DNA of 15,189 nt from Armatimonadota bacterium (GCA_039680575.1 JBDKSP010000048.1:1-15189); one strand, 5' to 3'; shown: positions 1 through 6,335, counted from the stretch's first letter. Notes: a model not told the origin generated them from the letters alone. Numbers and translations are program-made.

Positions 1-77
1 AAAGAGTGCCGCTTCTGTCTGTCTAGTCTCGGATCATCGAGTTCATCAAAATATTCGTCGAAGATGTTCGGTTCCAT
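1..77 (-). CDS. ISAs1-family (H-repeat) transposase, N-terminal 25 codons only (partial)
   Basis: Hand translation from ATG at 77 gives MEPNIFDEYFDELDDPRLDRQKRHS, the F-x2-L-x-DPR-x2-R-x-K-x-H start typical of ISAs1 transposases. GAGG lies just upstream. Not in the supplied ORF track. Confidence 0.88.
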   Translation of the reverse strand, partial: MEPNIFDEYFDELDDPRLDRQKRHS

Positions 78-126
78 AGGTATACCTCAAGTATGCAATA
101 TACCTACTACTTCGACAACCCTTTCA

Positions 127-155
127 ATAGTACCTAATTGTAATATATGTCACAA
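127..155 (-). promoter_or_regulatory. Putative sigma70 promoter of the IS transposase
   Basis: Minus strand TTGTGA (155-150), 17-nt spacer, TACTAT (132-127), lying between the terminal IR and the transposase ATG. Confidence 0.55.
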
Positions 156-221
156 ACTGTACTCGCAATTAATCCTTCGCATGCACTCTTAACGGAAATT
201 ATACTTGTGCGTTTGCCCTGG

Positions 222-287
222 GCTGATAGCTGACGGCTGATTACTGAAAACCTTTTCTGTTCCCTGTTCCCTGTTCCCTATTCACTG
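222..287. repeat. Compound heptamer tandem repeat (GCTGANN)x4 then (TTCCCTR)x5
   Basis: GCTGATA GCTGACG GCTGATT ACTGAAA (222-249), then TTTTCTG TTCCCTG TTCCCTG TTCCCTA TTCACTG (253-287). It spans the flippase stop codon. Confidence 0.85.
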
Positions 288-1722
288 TTTTTACGCTGAA
301 AGCCCATCTGATCGTGTTTACGCTCTCTTTATCGAAAAGCAGCACTGCCAGAACATACAAAATCAGTGTAATTGCTGTCGATGTGATGACCGCAAAGATG
401 CCCGGCGCAAAGAGTCTGGATATTCCGAATGCTGCTGAAACGATGATACCGGATGCCAAGACCGGGAAACCCAACAGCTCCACCATCTTCGAGGGCGGAA
501 ATTCGAGCAAATGGGAGACTTTGATGAGCGCAATAATGCCGCCAATCGAATAAGCCAGTGTAAAGAGCACCGCAACACCGACAGCGCCGTAGTTAATGGC
601 TGCAGGATAAGCCAGCGGCAGCGCAATAGCAGTCTGTATGCAGCTTACCCTGTATGACCACTTAGGCTCGCCTACCGCCATGAAGACGCTGGCTGCTGTC
701 GTAGCAATCGAGCGGAACATCCCGTAAAATGCCAGAATACGGACCAGAGGAACAGCCAGCAGCCATTTTTCTCCAAGGAACCCGAGGACGATGTCTTCCG
801 CCAGAAAGCACATCCAGAAAGCCAGAGGTACCGAAATGAGGGATATACCTCGGACTGCCTGCATATATGCCTTCCGCAGTGATACAATATTTTCGCTCAG
901 CCTGGTGTATGCAGGATACATCACTCTGTTTACTGTGAATGTGATATCGGTCGCGGGCAGGTGGCAGAAGCTGAATGACATGCTGTAGTATCCTACCGCC
1001 GCCACACTGATCCACCGTCCGATAGCCGCCTGGTCCGCGTAAAAGAAGACAAGGATCAGAAGTGATGAAGCCATCAGAGGCTTCCCGAATACGACAATCC
1101 TGCGGGCGTCGTCCGAGCTGAAGGAAAAAGAAGGTTTCCATCCGGCAAGCTGCCAGGTCCAGGCAGCAGAGACAGCCGTGGAGACAACATGTCCGACTAC
1201 GAGGCTCCAGACACCGCAACCGAGCGCTGCGAGAACGATAGATATTACCGTATTAGAAACACCCATCGCCATCTCAGGCATAGTCCGTTTCCGAAACTCA
1301 AGCTCGCGCTCTAGAACAGCTGCAGGGACTACTGCGAAAGATGAGACTATAACCGATATGGACATCACCCTGAGCGGCCAGACAAGGTTCGCGGTACCGA
1401 ATATCCTGACTGCAAGCGGCGCGGCAGCGTATGTAATGCCCCATGCCGCTATCCCGAAAGCCATGCTCATGATAAAAACGGTATCGGCGTGGCTTTTCAG
1501 GTCTTTTTTCAAGTAGAGCAGATATTCACCGAAACCGTAGTCGCGAAACAGTGTTATTGCAGTCACTACCATGCTCGACAAGGCGAAAAGCCCGAAGTGA
1601 GCGGGCAGCAACATCCGCGCGAGCACGATCATCGATATGAACTGCGCCAGCCTTATGCCTATGGAACTGCCGAAAGCCCACCCAAGCCCACTGATAACTT
1701 TTCCGCCCAGTGTTTTACGCAT
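241..1722 (-). CDS. wzx: Polysaccharide flippase / lipopolysaccharide biosynthesis protein (Wzx/WzxC-like, MOP superfamily), 493 aa
   Basis: Many hydrophobic segments. Motifs LARMLLPAHFGLFA, LERELEFRKR, GCGVWSLVVG, VGYYSMS and NRVMYPAY are typical of WzxC-like flippases. The ATG overlaps the upstream gene's stop (ATGCGTAA). Confidence 0.9.
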   Translation of the reverse strand: MRKTLGGKVISGLGWAFGSSIGIRLAQFISMIVLARMLLPAHFGLFALSSMVVTAITLFRDYGFGEYLLYLKKDLKSHADTVFIMSMAFGIAAWGITYAAAPLAVRIFGTANLVWPLRVMSISVIVSSFAVVPAAVLERELEFRKRTMPEMAMGVSNTVISIVLAALGCGVWSLVVGHVVSTAVSAAWTWQLAGWKPSFSFSSDDARRIVVFGKPLMASSLLILVFFYADQAAIGRWISVAAVGYYSMSFSFCHLPATDITFTVNRVMYPAYTRLSENIVSLRKAYMQAVRGISLISVPLAFWMCFLAEDIVLGFLGEKWLLAVPLVRILAFYGMFRSIATTAASVFMAVGEPKWSYRVSCIQTAIALPLAYPAAINYGAVGVAVLFTLAYSIGGIIALIKVSHLLEFPPSKMVELLGFPVLASGIIVSAAFGISRLFAPGIFAVITSTAITLILYVLAVLLFDKESVNTIRWAFSVKTVNREQGTGNRKGFQ

Positions 1723-2704
1723 TCCCGTCCGACCTCACGCATTTTTGCCTGTCCAGCAGGAAATGCGGGTTTTCTTCAAGGAACCTCATGGCCTGCGGAG
1801 TGCTGTTCGGCGTTGCAACGGCAAATACGTTTGCAACATCATCAAACAGCGCTACATCCATATGCCACTGCAGCTTATATTGAAGCGTTCCATCCGACAA
1901 AAACGGACGGCTGAGTCCGAAATTCACATATACCCCACCCCATTCATGAGATTTCTCCGCCAGGTAATAATGTAAAGCAAACATGGCGCCTTCTTTTACA
2001 AGCTCCAGGTCACCGTTCAGTATGCCCATAAAGGGTGTGTGCAGTGTGTCTCCTTCCCGATATACAATTTCCCCGGCGACCGGCTCGCCGTTCTTCTTCG
2101 CGATTATCATGAAGCCTTTATCGAAGAACTTCTTTAGCGTATCAGGCTCATAAACAACCGCATTGTCATTGAACCGCTGAACGACATAAGGCTTATACAT
2201 TTCTTGGTAAAACCGATAGAACCAGGATTTTTCCTTAACCACTTCACACTCAAACTGAGCATCCTTGATCTTGTGGATCTTGCGGTTAAAGTAACTCCTG
2301 GTAGGCCTGCCGAACGCACTGAGCCGCGCATAGGGGTCTTCGACAACCGGTAAAGACAACTGGACCCATTTTGGAATAATACGGAATCCGCGAAGCGTGT
2401 ATCTTTCCGTGAGAAGGCGGTTTGCGCCTGCCACTACCAGATCGACTTCACGGTTCGCCAGATTTGGTCCATCGAGCGCGCTTATCCGACCCTTTCTGGA
2501 AATAGAAGCACCCGATGGGAACATCAACTGAGCTATGTAGTCCAGGGTAGTCCCATCGTCGGCGACAAGCGCTCTCATTTCTCTGCCGTCGAACCCGCCT
2601 TCTATGCTGTAAACATTCAACATAAAGTGCCGGATGAGCGATCCATAAAGCATATACATATTCATTTTATTTTGCCTGGGAGAAAGCGATAACTGGTTCG
2701 ACAA
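1715..2704 (-). CDS. FemAB/GNAT-like acyl- or aminoacyl-transferase-fold protein (paralogue A); start uncertain (TTG 2704 or ATG 2665)
   Basis: 329-aa ORF. C-terminal VNFGLSRPFLSDGTLQYKLQW resembles the DFG-x(n)-G-L-x2-(F/Y)K-x2-W signature of FemAB-related GNAT proteins. Colinear with 2830..3804 and coupled to the flippase by an 8-bp overlap. Confidence 0.7.
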   Translation of the reverse strand: MSNQLSLSPRQNKMNMYMLYGSLIRHFMLNVYSIEGGFDGREMRALVADDGTTLDYIAQLMFPSGASISRKGRISALDGPNLANREVDLVVAGANRLLTERYTLRGFRIIPKWVQLSLPVVEDPYARLSAFGRPTRSYFNRKIHKIKDAQFECEVVKEKSWFYRFYQEMYKPYVVQRFNDNAVVYEPDTLKKFFDKGFMIIAKKNGEPVAGEIVYREGDTLHTPFMGILNGDLELVKEGAMFALHYYLAEKSHEWGGVYVNFGLSRPFLSDGTLQYKLQWHMDVALFDDVANVFAVATPNSTPQAMRFLEENPHFLLDRQKCVRSDGNA

Positions 2705-2829
2705 TTACCCATTGTTCATTACTGCCTAAACAATGGTGAACCGGAGATGGATTATTTTAATGAATGATAACTTGAAATATATGGGTAAATGAAAGCAGGC
2801 AAGCTGCAAATTTCAACCGGAGTCATATT

Positions 2830-3804
2830 ATGAGTAGATCCGAATTCTCTAAACTAATATGCAAACGCGCTTTGTTCCTGGTAAAACACCTGATGCTGCC
2901 GGTCTATGCAATGGAAGGTTCCTGCCGGGAGCATACACTCAGGATGCTTATAGCCGATGACGGCTCAACACTGCCTTACATAAGCCACCTGGTATTTCCC
3001 AATGGAGCCTCGGTCAAGAAAATCGGCAGGATAAACGCTCTGAGTGCCGCAAATTTGGTCGAAAACAACGCTGATGTCGTGGTAGTAGGAGCCAATCATC
3101 TACTGCTTGGGGAATATGCCAGCCGGGGTTTCCACTTGGTGCCCAAGTGGGTTTGCCCGCTGTTTTCTATGCCTGAAGGTCTCGATACCGCCATAGAGAA
3201 CATCAGCTATAGCGCGCGGAAGGATATAAGGAGGAATATCCGCATTGCTCTGGACAAGGGGTTCACCTATGAAGTAACCTCCGACCCGGCATGGTTCGAA
3301 ATGTTCTATCACGATGTCTATATGCGATATGGGATGGGAAAATATGGCGATCTGGCGCAGATAGACAGCTATAGCAGGGTGAAGGACTCATACAGCAAAG
3401 GAATTGGGCTTATTATTACGCTGGATGGCAAACCTGTGATCGGAACAGTAGTCCTTCGCGAGGGAACGACACTTCGAGCCAGATATATGGGTGTTTACCC
3501 TGACCAGGATAATGCTTCGACAACGGGCAGTCCCACCGCGATGTACTACTTCACAATGAAACTCGCCCATTCTCTAGGCTGTACTGCCGTGAACTTAGGC
3601 TCTACCCGGCCATTTCTGTCCGATGGTGTGCTCAAGTTCAAAATGAAATGGGAACCCAAAATGCTCCATGATGAGCTTTCCACTGCAGTCTTCGCGATAG
3701 CTGCACCGGGTCTTACAGAACCGGCAACTGCTTTCCTCGCCGCGAACCCGTTTTTCGAAATGATCGGCGATGATATCGTGCTGCACAAACCTCAATCACG
3801 GTAA
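2830..3804 (+). CDS. FemAB/GNAT-like acyl- or aminoacyl-transferase-fold protein (paralogue B), 324 aa
   Basis: GGAG RBS at 2819-2822. Contains SARKDIRRNIR and VNLGSTRPFLSDGVLKFKMKW motifs. Clear paralogue of 1715..2704. Confidence 0.72.
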   Translation: MSRSEFSKLICKRALFLVKHLMLPVYAMEGSCREHTLRMLIADDGSTLPYISHLVFPNGASVKKIGRINALSAANLVENNADVVVVGANHLLLGEYASRGFHLVPKWVCPLFSMPEGLDTAIENISYSARKDIRRNIRIALDKGFTYEVTSDPAWFEMFYHDVYMRYGMGKYGDLAQIDSYSRVKDSYSKGIGLIITLDGKPVIGTVVLREGTTLRARYMGVYPDQDNASTTGSPTAMYYFTMKLAHSLGCTAVNLGSTRPFLSDGVLKFKMKWEPKMLHDELSTAVFAIAAPGLTEPATAFLAANPFFEMIGDDIVLHKPQSR

Positions 3805-3881
3805 GGAGAAGAATCATATTTGATTGGATGATGACGCTAAGTTTGTATAATAATATAGATTATACTCATACTTTTGGCGAT

Positions 3882-3932
3882 GGCTCGGGGAATCCATGCC
3901 CCGAGCCTAATTTTCCAGGGCATCCATGCCCT
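3882..3932. repeat. Pair of REP-like palindromes sharing an ATCCATG core; the first may also act as an intrinsic terminator for 2830..3804
   Basis: GGCTCGGGG-AATCCATG-CCCCGAGCC (3882-3907) is followed by TAATTTT, then AGGGCAT-CC-ATGCCCT (3917-3932). Confidence 0.7.
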
Positions 3933-4027
3933 TACCCAACCTGCCGCATCAAAGGGCTGACCGGAGTAACTGATTTCTCTTCTTTATGATAAAATCCTGC
4001 ACTGGAGTATTTCCACATGCTGGGATC
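3932..4027 (-). pseudogene. Probable 3' remnant of a REP-associated tyrosine transposase (RAYT / Y1_Tnp)
   Basis: Translates as DPSMWKYSSAGFYHKEEKSVTPVSPLMRQVG*, resembling the RAYT C-terminal P-x2-W-x-(Y/W)-SSA-x2-Y motif. The stop codon abuts REP-like palindromes. I see no HUH or YI-x2-NP motif upstream. Confidence 0.5.
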
Positions 4028-4031
4028 CCTC

Positions 4032-4088
4032 GGCCTATCAGCAAGTCCGCCTGCGGCGGACTCTTCGGCAGCAAGCAATCCGAAGCAA
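4032..4088. repeat. Dispersed palindromic repeat, copy 1, with a nested CCGCC-NNN-GGCGG hairpin
   Basis: CTTCGGCAGCAAGCAATCCGAAGCAA (4063-4088) matches 9779-9804 at 25/26 positions. AGTCCGCC-TGC-GGCGGACT (4044-4062) is a perfect 8-bp hairpin. Confidence 0.85.
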
Positions 4089-4110
4089 ATGAAGAACAGA
4101 AGGAATTGGT

Positions 4111-4169
4111 GGAGACTCCTGCTTCTCCCCTGGTCCGGTAGGTCCACGGAGAGAAGCATAGGAATCTCC
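4111..4169. other. Long imperfect inverted repeat (arms about 26 and 29 nt, 4-nt loop) downstream of the esterase gene
   Basis: GGAGACTCCT--GCTTCTC-CCCTGGTCC (4111-4136) aligns with the reverse complement of 4141-4169, GGAGATTCCTATGCTTCTCTCCGTGGACC. Confidence 0.75.
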
Positions 4170-4189
4170 TTCACTGATCTACTCTATCT

Positions 4190-5779
4190 CTACCAATTAT
4201 CCGTACGGAACGGAGATGCCGGAAGCCCCTCTTTGTTGTAAAGATTGGCGCCCAGCGGGTTCATGCAGAAAGCGTACCTGACGGCAACCGGATTGGGAAC
4301 ATCCTGACTTGAGACAACGACCGTATCGCCGTCGATCTTCGCGTCAGCCCAGGACCACTTCTTGTCCGCACCGGCTATGGCGAACCATTTAAGTGTCCCT
4401 CCGGCTACTTCCTTGGTCGTACTGATACCATCTTTCTCTCCGACCATAAGCCCGGTACCGACACAATCGAAGCTGAGGCGGATTTTGCTGCCTTCGATCT
4501 TCATGCTCTTGTAGAGCGGGCCGCTTTCCACTATGTTGGTGAACCCATAATCGTTCTTGAGCGCCCACAGAGCCAGCCTTTTTCCTACATCCTGCTTATC
4601 TTTTGGATGTATATCTTCTGAATTGCCGATATCGATTGCCGATGCCATGCCTGTATGTGGAACTGCATAGATGGTCTTTCTCTGTGCATCACGTATCTTC
4701 GCCCATCCGTCACCGCCTTCGGGTGCGTCGTTGGGCTTGACCCAGTTGGCAAGCTGGACGAAATAGAACGGGAACTCTCCCCGCCCCCACAACTTTCTCC
4801 AACTGCTGACCATTGCATCCGTCTTGGTGATGTAGCTATCGTCTTCTCCGCCATTAGCTTCACCCTGATACCATATAACACCCTTGATCCCAAAAGAAAT
4901 CAGCGGATGAATCATGCCATTGTAGAGTTTGGAAAAGTTACGGAATGAGTTAATATCTTTGTTTATCGATTTCATCGCTTCAGGACCTTTAGCGACAGCC
5001 TCTTCATAGGCGGCTTTGTCGTTATCTATCCACTTTCCGTAGTCAGCAAGTGCCGGAGCCGAGTAGAACACATTGAGCGGTGTCCACATCTCTATGCGAG
5101 TACCTCCAAGAGCACTCGAGACAAGACCCACCGGCTTTCCTGTCTGGAGATGGATTTCACGGCCAAAGAAATAAAGTACTGCGGAAAATGCAGGAACCGT
5201 CTGGGGAGAACACACTACCCACTGGCCTTTTGGAGTGTTTGGATCAGAGACTCTCTGCTTACCATTGAAGACAGTCCCATTATCTTCCCAGCTTACGTCA
5301 TCCGACGGCTTGTCACTCAAAATGCCAGGTATTCTAAAGAGCCTGATCTTTGGATAATTCGCCGAACTGACCTCTTTTTTACCCGCAGTAGACCTGGCGA
5401 CTACCCATTCCATATTCGACTGGCCAGAGCCGAGCCATACATCGCCAATCAGAACATTCTTGTAGCTGATCGTGGAATCTTTGCCTTTGATCGTCAGAAC
5501 CTGAGGCTCGGATGTCTCTTTGAGCCCCTTCAGCGTGACCATCCATTTACCGTCTTCTCCGGCCTTTCCCTTAGCCTTCTTATCGCCGATTTTTACGGTA
5601 ATCGACTCGCCGGGAGAGGCCCAACCCCATACTTTTGTTGCCTTGCCGCTCTGAAGGACCATGTTGTCGCCGAAAATCATCGGCATCCACAGTTTCGACT
5701 CATTCGCTGCACCGGCAAACTGGCTTGCGCTAAAAACAGCAATCACCACCAATAAGGTTATGGGCAATCTGAACTTCAT
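4190..5779 (-). CDS. Secreted sialate O-acetylesterase family protein (SASA, SGNH hydrolase)
   Basis: FGDNMVLQ, GDVWLGSGQSNM (catalytic Ser block), GVIWYQGEAN, DIHPKDK and GLPASPFRTD motifs. Start moved to ATG 5779 (MKFRLPITLLVVIAVF, signal-peptide-like, with GGGGTG upstream). Confidence 0.93.
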   Translation of the reverse strand: MKFRLPITLLVVIAVFSASQFAGAANESKLWMPMIFGDNMVLQSGKATKVWGWASPGESITVKIGDKKAKGKAGEDGKWMVTLKGLKETSEPQVLTIKGKDSTISYKNVLIGDVWLGSGQSNMEWVVARSTAGKKEVSSANYPKIRLFRIPGILSDKPSDDVSWEDNGTVFNGKQRVSDPNTPKGQWVVCSPQTVPAFSAVLYFFGREIHLQTGKPVGLVSSALGGTRIEMWTPLNVFYSAPALADYGKWIDNDKAAYEEAVAKGPEAMKSINKDINSFRNFSKLYNGMIHPLISFGIKGVIWYQGEANGGEDDSYITKTDAMVSSWRKLWGRGEFPFYFVQLANWVKPNDAPEGGDGWAKIRDAQRKTIYAVPHTGMASAIDIGNSEDIHPKDKQDVGKRLALWALKNDYGFTNIVESGPLYKSMKIEGSKIRLSFDCVGTGLMVGEKDGISTTKEVAGGTLKWFAIAGADKKWSWADAKIDGDTVVVSSQDVPNPVAVRYAFCMNPLGANLYNKEGLPASPFRTDNW

Positions 5780-5804
5780 TGCTTCACCCCACATATAGAT
5801 TTCT

Positions 5805-5835
5805 AGAGAGTTTCAGATAATATCTGAAACTCTCT
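5805..5835. promoter_or_regulatory. Perfect palindrome with 15-bp arms upstream of the esterase gene (candidate operator or mobile-element scar)
   Basis: AGAGAGTTTCAGATA-A-TATCTGAAACTCTCT. Confidence 0.6.
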
Positions 5836-5961
5836 CGGAAGATTTTCACAACCAAACATATACTAGCACATTCTTGCTATGCTGTGTTGCGGTTTCACAT
5901 AAGTGTTCAGAGTTGATGAGTATAACATCATGCGGAATGTCCACAGCGTCATTTCGGGCTG

Positions 5962-6055
5962 CCACAACGTCATGCTGAGCTTGACTCAGCATCCAGGAAA
6001 AGAATGGACCCTGAATCAAGTTCAGGGTGACGTGTTGGTTGTTCAGGGTGACGTG
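5962..6055. repeat. CGTC-tagged REP doublet, copy 1 (complete, inverted pair)
   Basis: CGTC-ATGCTGAG-CTTGA-CTCAGCAT-CC on plus and CGTC-ACCCTGAA-CTTGA-TTCAGGGT-CC on minus. 5962-6001 is identical over 40 nt to 11132-11171. GTTCAGGGTGACGTG is duplicated at 6020 and 6041. Confidence 0.88.
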
Positions 6056-6335
6056 CTTCCATCTATGATAATGTGTTGGTTGTGCAATTTGATGTAATAT
6101 CTCTCATTAAGATTGAACTGTTGCGGTTTCACTTGTTGCCCTGCGGTCAATCTTTATCCGATAGCAGGAACCGCATATTGTATGCTAACATACTAAAGAG
6201 TTTCGGCTGAAATGATATTTATTATTTGTTACTCAACTGCCAAAACTCTGTAATGAGTTTCAGACACGGAAGGTTTTCGGCAATAGCCGTTATGCGATTA
6301 TTAACCGAGCCGCCGGAAACCTGCAGGAGGATTCA

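Larger units (their letters stand above)
1..220 (-). mobile_element. Left end of an ISAs1-family insertion sequence, running off the window start
   Basis: On the minus strand the element begins CAGGGCAAACGCA at 220 (plus strand TGCGTTTGCCCTG, 208-220), matching the CAGGG-type terminal inverted repeat of ISAs1 elements. A promoter, RBS and transposase start follow. Confidence 0.85.

Noticed and set aside
2705..2788. Invertible promoter switching between the two GNAT paralogues
   Set aside because: The inverted repeats are only 8 bp and no recombinase is in the window. Kept only as a low-interest regulatory observation.
4031..4051. GGLADRP as part of the RAYT AGL motif
   Set aside because: These codons come from the nested hairpin and dispersed repeat, so the resemblance is probably coincidental. 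Only the segment from DPSMW onward was counted as remnant.
4111..4169. Integron attC site
   Set aside because: It is a long bulged hairpin but lacks the RYYYAAC and GTTRRRY boxes at its ends, and there is no cassette-like gene array.
4017..4241. 74-aa plus-strand ORF
   Set aside because: It is made of palindromic repeats, overlaps the esterase 3' end in antisense and has no recognisable motif.
5150..5755. 201-aa ORF antisense to the esterase, and similar shadow ORFs such as 662..1219, 6290..6901, 7092..7550, 9810..10190 and 11620..11997
   Set aside because: They lie wholly or mostly within well-supported genes in another frame or strand and show no protein motifs.
5920..6083. Possible CRISPR array (regularly spaced short repeats)
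   Set aside because: The period is only 21 nt, units are degenerate, there are no unique 30-40 nt spacers and no cas genes. A REP doublet explains it better.
5903..6097. 64-aa ORF on the plus strand
   Set aside because: It runs through the REP doublet. Its VQGDVL repeat simply reflects the DNA duplication, and there is no RBS.
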